A DNA stretch of 64,000 nucleotides from an uncultured Gemmatimonadota bacterium (GCA_951812955.1 OX638340.1:3616001-3680000), one strand, 5' to 3'; shown: positions 33,846-44,165, numbered from the stretch's first letter. A program made the numbers and translations. The notes: generated by a model not told the origin, from the letters alone.

Positions 33846-35618
33846 CTAATGACCGAATGCAGCGCCCTCGATCCGGGGGTCCGGCGCACCCAGGCGATAG
33901 CCTGTGTCGGGGTCCACCATGATACTGTGGCCGTCACCCTGGCGGTAGGATCCACCGCCGAATCCGCGGCTGCTGAGCTCATGGCCCTTGGCCTGCAGTG
34001 CGTCCGCTGTCTCGCGCCCCACTCCGCCTTCCAACCGAAGGAAGTCCGGAAACCACTGGTGGTGTACACGCGGCGCGTCGACCGCTTCCTGGATGTTCAT
34101 GCCGTGATCGACGACATTCAGGATCAGCTGCATAGTCGTATTTATGATAGTGCGTCCTCCGGGGCTGCCCACGACCAGGTACAGATCGCCGTTACGCGTA
34201 ACGATGGTCGGCGACATCGAACTCAGCATACGCTTGTTCGGTTCGATGATATTCGGCGGCGTGCCGATCTGTCCGGTGGTTCTCGTGATCCCCGGCTGAG
34301 GATTGAAATCGCCCATCTCATTATTCGTGATCATGCCCGTTCCCGCGATGACGATGTGGGAGCCGTACCCGCCTTCGAGCGTGTAGGTGTTCGATACGCC
34401 GTTACCCCACTGGTCGACAACGGAGTAGTGCGTGGTCTGGTCGCTCTCGCTCGGCATCGTCAAATCGGGTCCCAGTTCTTCGCTGGGCGTGGCGAAGAAG
34501 GGATCGATCGTGGACCGGAGCTCTGCCGCGTACTCCTTCGTCGTTAAGTGTTCCGGTATCTCGACGAAGTCCGCGTCTCCAAGGTGCCGGGCACGGTCGG
34601 CGTAAGCCCGGCGCATCGCTTCGGCCATGATATGTAGTGTATTGGAGGAGTTATGGCCCATCCGGCCCAGGTCGTAACCTTCAAGCATGTTGAGCATAAG
34701 CGACATGGTGATGCCGCCGGAGCTCGGAGGGGGCATGGAAATGATCTCGTATTCCCCCCGATACTTGTTTCTAACGGGTTCCCGAATGATCGCCTGGTAG
34801 TTCGCCAGGTCGGTCCGGTCGATCATCCCTCCCCCGGCTTTCATATCCTTTTCAATCAATTCGGCGGTCACACCCTTGTAGAATCCGTCGTGGCCGTCCC
34901 GGGCGATGTGCTTCAGGGTTTCCGCCAGGTCTTTCTGAACCCACCGGTCGCCTGCCTGCCAGGCCTCGCCGTCGCTCCGGAGCATGGCCGCCTTGCTAGC
35001 CGGGATCTGATTGAATATGACCGTTCGGCTGTTCAATCCCCGGGCGATGCGCTCTGTCAGAATGAACCCGTTTTCGGCGAGATCGATGGCGGGCTGGATG
35101 ACTTCCGCCATGGACATGGTGCCGTATTTCTCCAGGGCCAGGGCGAATCCGGCCACTGTACCCGGCACGCCGATGGCCAGGTGGTGTATGCGGTTGGTCG
35201 GAGGATGGTAGGTTGAACCGTCGCGGCGGGTGAGGGTGATGTTCGGGTTCACCGCGCGGTTGCCGTCTTCATCCAGGTACATCCGGGCATGGGCCTTGCC
35301 CGGCGCTTTCTCGCGGTAGTCGACCGCCACGGCCGTTCCGTCGGCCATGCGTATGATCATGAACCCGCCGCCGCCGATGTTGCCGGCGGATGGGTGGGTC
35401 ACCGCCAGGGCCAGTCCGAGCCCCACGGCGGCGTCTACGGCGTTACCGCCCTTCTTCAGGATGTCCGCGGCGATCTGTGTGGCCAGAGGTTCCACCGCGA
35501 CCGCCATGCCTTTCTTGCCGACGACCGGCTTGCGGGACGCCGCATTGGCATCATAGATCGATAAGGCCGAGATAAACAGGCCGCATATTGCGACCAGGAT
35601 TGTCAGGCGATGCTTCAT
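33846..35618 (-). CDS. ggt: Gamma-glutamyltranspeptidase, secreted
   Basis: The start at ATG 35618 gives the signal peptide MKHRLTILVAICGLFISALSIYDANA. It has PSAGNIGGGGFM and the autoprocessing site DQTTHYSVVD. Confidence 0.9.
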   Translation of the reverse strand: MKHRLTILVAICGLFISALSIYDANAASRKPVVGKKGMAVAVEPLATQIAADILKKGGNAVDAAVGLGLALAVTHPSAGNIGGGGFMIIRMADGTAVAVDYREKAPGKAHARMYLDEDGNRAVNPNITLTRRDGSTYHPPTNRIHHLAIGVPGTVAGFALALEKYGTMSMAEVIQPAIDLAENGFILTERIARGLNSRTVIFNQIPASKAAMLRSDGEAWQAGDRWVQKDLAETLKHIARDGHDGFYKGVTAELIEKDMKAGGGMIDRTDLANYQAIIREPVRNKYRGEYEIISMPPPSSGGITMSLMLNMLEGYDLGRMGHNSSNTLHIMAEAMRRAYADRARHLGDADFVEIPEHLTTKEYAAELRSTIDPFFATPSEELGPDLTMPSESDQTTHYSVVDQWGNGVSNTYTLEGGYGSHIVIAGTGMITNNEMGDFNPQPGITRTTGQIGTPPNIIEPNKRMLSSMSPTIVTRNGDLYLVVGSPGGRTIINTTMQLILNVVDHGMNIQEAVDAPRVHHQWFPDFLRLEGGVGRETADALQAKGHELSSRGFGGGSYRQGDGHSIMVDPDTGYRLGAPDPRIEGAAFGH

Positions 35619-35958
35619 TGATCTTATCCTCTGTTCCGCTGTTAGGTACTTAGGGAAGCTTCGAGTTTGATGCGAACTTCGGAGTTTACTACACTTCACC
35701 ACTGGATTTCATGCCTGCCCTTCACACTCGCCTGGAAAGCAGGCACAGGCAATTAAGGCGGGGTTCCCGGTCAAGTCAAGGTCTATATGTTCTAATTTGC
35801 CGAAGAACGATCACTATAAATGTACGCCGTACTGCCTTTTTGCCTTCAGTTTTTCTCTGTTGATCGGCCCGGCTCACCATCGTATATTCGAACGATGTTT
35901 CAAACACAGAAAAACGACGGCTGAACTCATCCGCGAGACCCATCCACAGGTGCCCTTC

Positions 35959-37104
35959 ATGCGTAAACACTACCGTTTGATGATCCCAGGTCCCATCGAA
36001 ATAAGCCCCGACGTGGCGGCCCACATGGGCGATCCGATCACCGCCCACTACGGAGATCGCTGGGTGGAGATCTGGCGCAAGACCATTTCCAATCTTCAGC
36101 GCGTCATCGGGACGGAAGGCGATGTTTTCGTACTCGTGGGATCGGGTCACACGGCCAACGACGTGGTCGTGAACAGCCTGTTCAATCCCGGCGACCGGAT
36201 TCTGACCCTCGACAATGGCCTGTTCGGCCGGCGTCTGGATGATCTCGCCAGGGCGTTCGGCCTTGATTCCGTGGTGTTGGAGAAGCCCTGGGGCGTTCCC
36301 TTCGAAGCTTCCGACATCCACGAAGCGGCCGCGGCCAATCCCGGCCTGAAGGCGGTATTCATGGTGCACGGGGAAACTTCAACTGGCGTGGCCAACCCGG
36401 TACGCGAGCTGGCCGCCGCCGCGAAGGAACACGGCATGCTCGTCCTGGCGGACACGATCGCGTCCCTGGGCGGAGAGCAGTACCTGATGGACGCCTGGGA
36501 CATCGACGTCACGGTCTGCGCCTCTCAGAAGGCACTTGGCGCGCCGCCGGGCCTGGCCCTCGTGGCCGTGAGCGACCGGGCATGGGACGTCATGAAAGAC
36601 CGGCGCGAGCCCCGCGGATTCATGGGCGATCTTCAGAACCTGCGCCATTTCGCCGTTACTCAGGCCGACGTCCATCCCCATCCAGGCACCATGCCCGTCA
36701 ACAACTTCGTCGCCCTGGAGAAGAGCACCGCTTCGATCCTGGAGGAAGGTCTCGAGGCGACCTGGACCCGCCACAGAAAGATCGCCCGCGTGGTGCGGGA
36801 AGGGGTCCGCGCCATGGGACTGAAGATCATGGCCGAGGAACGGGCCGCCTGCGTCAACATGACGGTTATCCTTTCGGAAGACCGGTTCAAACCCGTCGCT
36901 TTTTCCGATTTCATGAAGGCCGAGTACGGCATGCACGTCGGCCTGGGCCTGGGTGACTACGTGAATCGGTCGATCCGAGTGGGCCACATGGCGCACAACG
37001 CCAACCTGGAGGCCGTAACGCCGTTCCTGGTCGGCCTGGAACAATACCTGCGCCGGCAGGGCTTCGACGTGGCGCGCGGAGCGTGTCTGGCCGGCCTTGA
37101 CTGA
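35959..37104 (+). CDS. Class V aminotransferase (alanine-glyoxylate / serine-pyruvate type)
   Basis: The start is ATG 35959 (MRKHYRLMIPGPIEISPDV). It has HGETSTGV and the PLP lysine block VCASQKALGAPPG. Confidence 0.8.
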   Translation: MRKHYRLMIPGPIEISPDVAAHMGDPITAHYGDRWVEIWRKTISNLQRVIGTEGDVFVLVGSGHTANDVVVNSLFNPGDRILTLDNGLFGRRLDDLARAFGLDSVVLEKPWGVPFEASDIHEAAAANPGLKAVFMVHGETSTGVANPVRELAAAAKEHGMLVLADTIASLGGEQYLMDAWDIDVTVCASQKALGAPPGLALVAVSDRAWDVMKDRREPRGFMGDLQNLRHFAVTQADVHPHPGTMPVNNFVALEKSTASILEEGLEATWTRHRKIARVVREGVRAMGLKIMAEERAACVNMTVILSEDRFKPVAFSDFMKAEYGMHVGLGLGDYVNRSIRVGHMAHNANLEAVTPFLVGLEQYLRRQGFDVARGACLAGLD

Positions 37105-37153
37105 GCTGCCGGCCTTGACTGAACTGCCGGTCTGGACTGCCGGCCTGGACCGA
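37087..37153 (+). repeat. 18-nt tandem repeat (about 4 decaying copies) that reiterates the last codons and stop of the aminotransferase gene
   Basis: The copies are ctggccggccttgactga (37087-37104, including the stop), gctgccggccttgactga (37105-37122), actgccggtctggactg and ccggcctggaccga. Confidence 0.8.
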
Positions 37154-37237
37154 CCTCTGGGGCCTGGAAAGAATGCCTCTGGTCGGCTTGTACTGATTCT
37201 ACTTCAATCTCCACCGACGATTCGGGAGAAACCGATC

Positions 37238-37564
37238 ATGATCTACGAAGAACGCATCTATAAAATCATGCCTGGCCGCGTGCCGGACATCCTGGACCGG
37301 TTCACCAACCACGCCCTGCCCCTCTTCGAGAAGCACGGCATGAAGCTGGTGGGCTTCTGGCAGACCGTGATCGGACCCAGCAACCACGAACTCACCTACC
37401 TGCTGGCCTTTGAGGACGCGAACCACCGCGACCGCACCTGGGCGGCGTTCATGGCCGATCCCGCCTGGATCAAGGCCAAGGCCGAAAGCGAAACGAACGG
37501 TCCGCTGGTGGCGGACGTGGCCAACCGGCTCCTCGCGCCGGTTCCTTTCTCTCCCCTGAAATAG
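37238..37564 (+). CDS. NIPSNAP-family protein
   Basis: MIYEERIYKIMPGRVPDILDRFTNHALPLFEKHGMKLVGFW is the typical NIPSNAP pattern. The ORF-track extension from 37097 covers the repeat and looks non-coding. Confidence 0.6.
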   Translation: MIYEERIYKIMPGRVPDILDRFTNHALPLFEKHGMKLVGFWQTVIGPSNHELTYLLAFEDANHRDRTWAAFMADPAWIKAKAESETNGPLVADVANRLLAPVPFSPLK

Positions 37565-37582
37565 ACTGTCCCTTTCGGATTC

Positions 37583-39658
37583 ATGGTAAAATCCCCAAGA
37601 CTCAAAAAAGAACTCGGTTTCTTCGAAGTGTACGCCGTGGCGACGGGCACGACGCTGAGCGCAGGCTTCTTCCTGTTGCCCGGCCTGGCCGCGATGGAAG
37701 CCGGTCCGTCCCTCGTGCTGGCCTATCTCCTGGCGACCCTCCCCCTCATTCCGGCCATGCTGTGCATCGTGGAACTGGCCACAGCCATGCCCCGTGCCGG
37801 CGGCGTGTATTACTTCATCGACCGCTCTCTGGGTCCTTACGTCGGACTGATTACCGGTGTCGGAACCTGGCTTGCGCTCATCCTCAAGGTCACCTTCGCC
37901 CTTGTGGGAATGGGCGCCTATATTGCCCTGTTCTTCCCCGGCCTGCCGCAGAAACCCCTAGCCATTGTCCTGGCCGCTGGCCTCGGCGCGGTGAACTATT
38001 TCGGTGCCCGGAAGAGCGGCCGTCTACAGATCTACCTGGTGTTGGGCCTGTTGCTCCTCCTGGCCGGCTTTATTGGTGGTGGAGTACCGGCATTGGAATC
38101 TGCTGCTTTCGAGGGACTCTTCGACGTCGAGGTTACTACGCTCATGGGGACGGCCGGTATGGTCTACATCAGCTACGTGGGCGTAACCAAGGTCGCAAGC
38201 CTTTCGGAAGAAATCGAAAAACCGGAGAAGACCCTTCCCCTGGGCGTGTTCCTTGCCCTGGCCACCTCCGTCCTGGTATATGGTCTCGGCACGGCTATTA
38301 TGGTGGGTGTGATTCCCATCGAACGCCTTTCGGGCGACCTTACGCCGGCGGCAACTGCGGCCGAAATACTGTATGGCTGGTGGGGAAGCCTGTTCATCTC
38401 GGTCGCGGCCCTGCTCGCTTTCGTCTCCGTGGCGAACGCAGGCATCCTGAGCGCTTCGCGCTATCCGCTGGCGATGAGCAGGGACCAGTTGCTGCCCGGC
38501 AGAATCAGCCACGTAACTTCCCAGGGCGTGCCGGTCATCTCGCTGCTGCTTACCGTAGCAAGCATCCTCGTCATCCTGGTGGCCCTGGACCCCGTGGGCA
38601 TCGCCAAGCTGGCTAGCGCCTTTCAACTGGTCGTCTTCGCGTTCGTGTGCCTCGCGGTCGTCGTGATGCGGGAGAGCAGAATCGTCGAGTACGACCCGGG
38701 ATACCGATCGCCCTGGTACCCCTGGATGCACATCGCGGGCATGGTCCTGCCCTTCTTCGTGGTCTGGCAGATGGGTTGGCCCGCCATACTGTTCATCGCC
38801 GGGTTCATTGTCGCCGGGACCCTGTGGTATTTCTACTACGCACGGTTCCGGGCCGACCGCAATGGCGCCATCTACCACATCTTCGAACGGTTGGGTCGCC
38901 TGCGACATAAGGGCCTGGATTCGGAGATGCGGGATATCCTGAAGGAAAAGGGTCTCCGGGACGAAGACCCTTTCGAAGACATGATCACGCGATGCCAGGC
39001 CGTCGATCTGGAGCATGAAATCGAATTCGGGCGGGTTGCCAATGAGGCGGCAGAGAGGTTGTCGGCCCGTATCGGGCTTTCAGTCAATGATATCAGCGAT
39101 CGATTCATGCAAGGGACCCGTGCAGGCGGAACGCCCGTGGCAAAAGGCGTGATGCTGCGCCATTTTCGAATACCGGATCTCGCCCTGCCTGAGCTGGTGC
39201 TCGTCCGTTCGTTCGAGGGCGCACGTGTGAACTACCAGAACCCCGTGACCGGCTTGCAGGATTCAGACGAGATTCATGCGTTTTTCTTTCTGGTCAGCCC
39301 CTTGGAAAACCCCGCGTTGCACCTGCGCATGCTGGCCAGGATTGCGAATCGGGCCGATGACGAGAACTTCGGCCAGGTGTGGATCGCCGCGGTCGATGAG
39401 CACTCCCTTCGCGACATATTTCTGCGTCATGATCGGTACCTTACCGTCCCGGTCCTCCCCCAATCGCCCGCAAGCGTCCTGATTGGAAAGCGAATCTCGG
39501 AGATAGATATCCCCGAAGGATGTCGAATCGTGTGGATACGCCACTTCGATGAGGTTATCATCCCCAGGGGCGATACCGTGATCCAATCCGGCACGCTGCT
39601 GACCGTTATCGGAGAGCCCAACGACGTGAACGTTTTCCGACGAAAGTACCACGCCTAG
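37583..39658 (+). CDS. APC-superfamily amino-acid permease fused to cytoplasmic regulatory domains (PTS EIIA-2-like and TrkA-C/RCK_C-like)
   Basis: The N-terminus has FFEVYAVATGTTLSAGFFLLPG...ELATAMPRAGGVYYF plus about 12 hydrophobic segments. The C-terminus has HAFFFLVSP...HLRMLARIA and IGKRISEIDIPEGCRIVWIRH...GTLLTVIGEP. Confidence 0.75.
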   Translation: MVKSPRLKKELGFFEVYAVATGTTLSAGFFLLPGLAAMEAGPSLVLAYLLATLPLIPAMLCIVELATAMPRAGGVYYFIDRSLGPYVGLITGVGTWLALILKVTFALVGMGAYIALFFPGLPQKPLAIVLAAGLGAVNYFGARKSGRLQIYLVLGLLLLLAGFIGGGVPALESAAFEGLFDVEVTTLMGTAGMVYISYVGVTKVASLSEEIEKPEKTLPLGVFLALATSVLVYGLGTAIMVGVIPIERLSGDLTPAATAAEILYGWWGSLFISVAALLAFVSVANAGILSASRYPLAMSRDQLLPGRISHVTSQGVPVISLLLTVASILVILVALDPVGIAKLASAFQLVVFAFVCLAVVVMRESRIVEYDPGYRSPWYPWMHIAGMVLPFFVVWQMGWPAILFIAGFIVAGTLWYFYYARFRADRNGAIYHIFERLGRLRHKGLDSEMRDILKEKGLRDEDPFEDMITRCQAVDLEHEIEFGRVANEAAERLSARIGLSVNDISDRFMQGTRAGGTPVAKGVMLRHFRIPDLALPELVLVRSFEGARVNYQNPVTGLQDSDEIHAFFFLVSPLENPALHLRMLARIANRADDENFGQVWIAAVDEHSLRDIFLRHDRYLTVPVLPQSPASVLIGKRISEIDIPEGCRIVWIRHFDEVIIPRGDTVIQSGTLLTVIGEPNDVNVFRRKYHA

Positions 39659-39729
39659 GGCTCGTAGCTGGCAGCCACATCGCGCATGTCGGCGTCGGCG
39701 ATGCCCGCTTCCCGGCGCATGTGCCACGC

Positions 39730-40680
39730 CTAGGGCACGTAGGGCGTCCCTGTCCGGTGCAGTTCCTTGGTTACCGCCATCTGACACGTCACGTAGGCGT
39801 GCACATCCGCGTTGCCGCGGCGGTTCAGCAGGCCGGCGGAGTAGCCCGGGCGGGCATCCGCGATGGTGCCCACGATGAGGTTTGCGTATTCCACGGTAGT
39901 CTCGTACCGGTCCGCGATGAGGGCGTTCATCTCGCTCCAGGCGATCTTGACGGCTTCCTCCCAGTTGTAGCCCTGTCCGCTGGTCAGGTATTCCTCCCGC
40001 GACTCCACGATCCGGGTTTTCTCCACGACCGGCGCACTGCACGGAAACCCCTGCGATTTATCCACCTTCATCGTGATCGTCGAATCGATTTCCACGCCCG
40101 TGCCGGTCAACTCGCCGTCCCCCATCCGCGCATGCACGTCGCCCAGGGTGAGCAGTCCCCCCGGTTTCTGGGCGCGGATGTGCACCGTGCTCCCCGGTTG
40201 GATCGCATTGAAATCCATGTTGCCGCCCGTATCGATCTGGTGGGGAGCTACCGATTCCAGCTGTACGACGCCGATCATGGGCCGGACCGGCACTACGAAG
40301 TCGGGTGGGAAATGAACGAGTCCGTCTCGCACCGGCGCGATCAGTCGCAGGCTGCCCCAGTGCGGTCCGCCGTTGCGGTAGAAGCCGTAGGGACCGACTT
40401 CCATGTCGATGATCTCCACGGACACCCAGTCCCCGGCCTCGATACCCTCGATGAAAAAGGGGCCACACGGACGCGAATGCCGATAGGGGTCCACGTCCAT
40501 GACCGCCCCGGCCCGCAGGTCCTTCTTGGCGAGGTAGTCCTGGTCGTGTCCCCCGTAGGTCTCCACCTGGACCGTCTCTCCAGGCTGGAGCACGCCCCGG
40601 TTTACACGGTATGCCGGGTCTTCGGGGCCGGACAGGTAAGGGGTGCGGGTGAATCGGCGCATGAGATACTCCTTCCTCAC
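39730..40680 (-). CDS. Acetamidase/formamidase-family protein (no tail)
   Basis: GPFFIEGIEAGDWVSVEI...TGGNMDFNAI...LTLGDVHARMGDGELTGTGVE is paralogous to the N-domain of 30798-32717. Confidence 0.75.
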   Translation of the reverse strand: MRKEYLMRRFTRTPYLSGPEDPAYRVNRGVLQPGETVQVETYGGHDQDYLAKKDLRAGAVMDVDPYRHSRPCGPFFIEGIEAGDWVSVEIIDMEVGPYGFYRNGGPHWGSLRLIAPVRDGLVHFPPDFVVPVRPMIGVVQLESVAPHQIDTGGNMDFNAIQPGSTVHIRAQKPGGLLTLGDVHARMGDGELTGTGVEIDSTITMKVDKSQGFPCSAPVVEKTRIVESREEYLTSGQGYNWEEAVKIAWSEMNALIADRYETTVEYANLIVGTIADARPGYSAGLLNRRGNADVHAYVTCQMAVTKELHRTGTPYVP

Positions 40681-40859
40681 TGGGCTGACAGATTATGGAG
40701 TAATAGAAATCATTCTGTATTGCCTTGATGTGTTTTTTGTCACCTTCGGGCGATTGTGCGTTATATTCCGGATTGTATTCGTTCCTTCGACCCCTTACAA
40801 GCCCAAAAACAGCGCCAATGCGCGACCAAATACGCGCTGCGCGCTGCGGAGAACTGCCC

Positions 40860-41711
40860 ATGCGACTGACGGAACAGCAACATGCGTTTGTGGATACCTT
40901 CGGCTACCTCGGTTTTCCTGGGTTATTGAAAGACCGGATCGACGAGATCATCGACGCCTTCGAGTCCGTGTGGACCGAGCGCGGCGGCGGGCACGACGGA
41001 AGGCCCCACGACGGTACGGCGCGGTCCTGCATCGTGCCCTTCATCGATCAGCATCCGGTGCTGTCCTCGCTCATAGACGATCCTCGGGTCAACGGCATCT
41101 TCAGCAGCCTCCTGGGCGATGATTTCGTCTACCTGGGCAGCGACGGCAATTTCTACGTCAGCGATACCAACTGGCATTCCGACACGGACTGGTCGGGCAA
41201 GATGCGTGGCAAGCCGCCCCGCATCTACTTCAAGATGGCCTTCTATCTCGATCCCCTGACGCGGGATTCGGGTGCGCTTCGGGTGATTCCGGGCAGCCAC
41301 CGGTACGGCGACGCCTATGCCGAAGCGCTGGAAACCCGGATCAGGAAGTCGGGGGAAAACTGGGGCGTCGAGGGCTGGGAGGTGCCCGCGGTGGCGCTCG
41401 AGACGCAACCGGGCGACGTCGTCGTATTCAACCAGAACACCAAGCACAGCGCCTGGGGAGGAAGCGACCGGCGCAGGATGTTCACGATCAATTGTACGGC
41501 GCGTTTCGCCGAGAAGGATATGCAACTACTGAAGAACGAGATCGCCGCGGGCGCCCGGTTCTGGCTCGACAGCGTCTACGGCGAAGCCATGCTGGAGACG
41601 GCCGGTCCGGCGCGCATGAAGCACCTGGAGCAGCCCCTGGCCCACCAGGACCACCTGGCGGAGGAAGTGCGGAAGGCTAAACTGCGGATGGCGGAGCCGT
41701 CGAGGGGTTAA
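40860..41711 (+). CDS. PhyH-family dioxygenase (paralog 7)
   Basis: The start is ATG 40860 (MRLTEQQHAFVDTFGYLGFPGLL). It has NWHSDTD (HxD) and DSGALRVIPGSH. It is a close paralog of 53932-54720. Confidence 0.7.
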   Translation: MRLTEQQHAFVDTFGYLGFPGLLKDRIDEIIDAFESVWTERGGGHDGRPHDGTARSCIVPFIDQHPVLSSLIDDPRVNGIFSSLLGDDFVYLGSDGNFYVSDTNWHSDTDWSGKMRGKPPRIYFKMAFYLDPLTRDSGALRVIPGSHRYGDAYAEALETRIRKSGENWGVEGWEVPAVALETQPGDVVVFNQNTKHSAWGGSDRRRMFTINCTARFAEKDMQLLKNEIAAGARFWLDSVYGEAMLETAGPARMKHLEQPLAHQDHLAEEVRKAKLRMAEPSRG

Positions 41712-42712
41712 CGCCAGGTCTGACGGGCGCGGACTTCGGAGAGGAACCGCTTCGCGTTGCCTGAGAAATGGTCCTCGATCTCCCGCGCGGTCAGACCCAG
41801 CATGTCCGCCACCTGTTTTTCCTGCCTGAGCTGCTCGTAGATGACCAGCGTCGCCCTGGAATCGCAGTGGGGCGTCGTTTCCGTCGTGCCCTCGTAGTAG
41901 GTCCACGCACGCCCGTAGGTCACGTACTTGCCGCGTGCGCATCCCGCCACAACGTTGTCCGAGCCAAACATGACGCGCGAGCGGTCCTCGTGTTTCATCA
42001 GCAGGTATTGGGTGTACAGGTCGTTCACGGCCGAGGTGTCGTACCAGATATTGGGCAGGCCGGTCAGGAACTGGATCGCCCGCTCCATCATGAAGCAGTT
42101 GAAGGCCCTTGCGCAGTGGGCAAGGATCCACTGGGCGCGGGGATACCGCTTCGTGTAATCTGCGAGGTCCCGCTGGTTGTCGGGGTCCGCCGGTCCTTCG
42201 GGCTTGGACATGTGCATCGTGATGGCAAGCCCCATGTCGTGGGCCACCTCGATGAAGGATTCGGGCAGAAAATCGCGGATGCGGCAGTAGGTGGGATCCG
42301 GGGCGAAGGTCCGGTACGGCTTCAGGCCCAGGAAGCCGTGTCTTTTTACCTGCGCGGCCACGTATTCCGGCGTCATGTCGGGCGTGACCATCATGTTGAT
42401 CCCCGATACGGGATCCTGCTTCATCTCCTCGGCCATCCAGTCGTTATGCCCTTCCGTGTCGATCCCCCCCGGGATCGGTGTACCGAGGACCAGGTAGTGC
42501 ATCTCGCGGCCGGGATACATTTTATTCGCCCAGTCCAGGTGGTCCTGGTAGTCGATTTCAAGGCGGAGCCCGGAGGGGTCCGGGTCCAGTCTTCCCCTGT
42601 GCCGCTCAGACCACATGTGGACGTGCATGTCGTAGACGGTGTCCGGTACGTAATCGGCCAGTTCTTCGTCCCATATGCCCCGATCGAATTCCTGGTAGTC
42701 CGGCGCTCGCAT
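41708..42712 (-). CDS. Amidohydrolase-2 family protein
   Basis: The start is ATG 42712, with GAGGAGA 5 nt upstream. It has VYDMHVHMW, AITMHMSKP, ILAHCARAF and VMFGSDN. Confidence 0.65.
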   Translation of the reverse strand: MRAPDYQEFDRGIWDEELADYVPDTVYDMHVHMWSERHRGRLDPDPSGLRLEIDYQDHLDWANKMYPGREMHYLVLGTPIPGGIDTEGHNDWMAEEMKQDPVSGINMMVTPDMTPEYVAAQVKRHGFLGLKPYRTFAPDPTYCRIRDFLPESFIEVAHDMGLAITMHMSKPEGPADPDNQRDLADYTKRYPRAQWILAHCARAFNCFMMERAIQFLTGLPNIWYDTSAVNDLYTQYLLMKHEDRSRVMFGSDNVVAGCARGKYVTYGRAWTYYEGTTETTPHCDSRATLVIYEQLRQEKQVADMLGLTAREIEDHFSGNAKRFLSEVRARQTWR

Positions 42713-42936
42713 GTTGTCTCCTCGAGTTTTGGTCGGATCGCGCGGATTTACGCTTCTCGGGCACAACGTCCGGTATGCTTTGTGTGAACCCGAGCCATAC
42801 ATTAGTGGAACACCCATTTTAGTAGAAGTGGGCCGGAGTTTCAAGGCAAAAGAGTCTTTGACAACACCTCGTCCCGTCCACTTATTGCCCACGAGATCAA
42901 CTCCCTTAAATACCGCCATCTACGTTGGAGGCTATC

Positions 42937-44097
42937 ATGGCTGAAACACACGAAATGGACCGGCGGAATTTCCTGCGTAACACCGTCCTGGGCGGCGCGG
43001 GTGTTTCGCTGATCGGCACGCCGGTATGGGAAGCCGCGGCCCAAATGGTCAACGAACCCCAGATGCCGGCAGTAAACGGTGTCGGACTCGATGATCCCCT
43101 GCTGGTCCAGCTCAGCATCAATGAGAATCCCCTCGGCGCTTCGCACCGCGCCATCGAGGCGGTCGCGAGCAAGATGTTCGGCATGAACCGGTATACCATG
43201 CACAACGAGCTCGAGGAAGCCCTCGCCGACTTTCACGGCGTCGATCCCGAGTCGGTCTTCATGGGCGTCGGTTCATCGGAAATCCTGTTGACGGCGACGC
43301 TGGCGGCCTTCTGGGATCAGCCAGGCAATACGGTGACGGCCTTTCCATCCTATCGTTCCATACCGAGGACGACCGAGGAACTCGGACAGGCGGTCAAGAA
43401 AGTGCCCCTGACCGGAGACTGGCAGATGGACCTGTCCGCCATGGCTGCGGCGGTCGATGACCAGACCCGGATCGTCAGTATCTGCAATCCCAACAACCCA
43501 ACGGGCCAGATACTCGATGCCTCGGCGCTGGAGCAGACGATCAGGGCGATGCCGAAGGACGTAATCGTCTGCGTCGACGAAGCCTATATTCAGTTCGTGG
43601 ACGATCCGGACTACCCGTCGATGATTCCGTTGACGAAGGACGTCGAGAACCTGCTGATCTCCCGCACGTTCTCTAAGGCGTATGGACTGGGTGGCATGCG
43701 TGTCGGTTATGGCGTCGCGCACCCGTCGCTGTTGGAGAAAATGCAGCGGTTCAGCATCGGAATGCTCAACAAGAACACCCTATCGACCGTTGCGGCCCTC
43801 GCCGCGCTGGGAGACCAGGAGCACGTGAGGCGTTCGGCAGCGCTTGCACGGGAAGGCAAAGCGTATCTCTACGAAGAGCTCGAAGGCATGGGATACAGCC
43901 CCTTGCGCACGCAGACCATCTTCGTCACCGTCGAGGTCGGCCCCAACGTGCAGACTCTCATAGATCGCCTCTGGGAGAAGAAGGTCCAGGTCCGTCAGGC
44001 TTTCGACATGGAAGGCTTCATGCGGATTTCAGTCGGCCTGCCCCGGGAGAACGAAGCCTTTATCTCCGCCTTCAAGCGGGAACGCAGCGCGTTGTAG
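42937..44097 (+). CDS. Class I/II (HisC-like) PLP aminotransferase with a twin-arginine signal
   Basis: GGAGG lies 6 nt before ATG 42937. The Tat motif is DRRNFLRNTVLGGAG...AAAQ. It has LSINENPLG and a PLP block SRTFSKAYGLGGMRVGY. Confidence 0.7.
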   Translation: MAETHEMDRRNFLRNTVLGGAGVSLIGTPVWEAAAQMVNEPQMPAVNGVGLDDPLLVQLSINENPLGASHRAIEAVASKMFGMNRYTMHNELEEALADFHGVDPESVFMGVGSSEILLTATLAAFWDQPGNTVTAFPSYRSIPRTTEELGQAVKKVPLTGDWQMDLSAMAAAVDDQTRIVSICNPNNPTGQILDASALEQTIRAMPKDVIVCVDEAYIQFVDDPDYPSMIPLTKDVENLLISRTFSKAYGLGGMRVGYGVAHPSLLEKMQRFSIGMLNKNTLSTVAALAALGDQEHVRRSAALAREGKAYLYEELEGMGYSPLRTQTIFVTVEVGPNVQTLIDRLWEKKVQVRQAFDMEGFMRISVGLPRENEAFISAFKRERSAL

Positions 44098-44165
44098 ACA
44101 ACAGTCATTCAGGCAACAGGACCGGAGCGCGTCTTAGGCGCGTTACAGAAAGGTATTTCAATCCG

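Noticed and set aside
35797-35958. N-terminal extension of the class V aminotransferase ORF; similar extensions at 19456, 25788-26831, 37097, 40725, 41708-42919, 52206 and 56472
   Set aside because: The extensions lack homology-like sequence, overlap divergent promoter regions or neighbouring genes, and precede internal ATGs that begin the conserved domains. The shorter starts were used.
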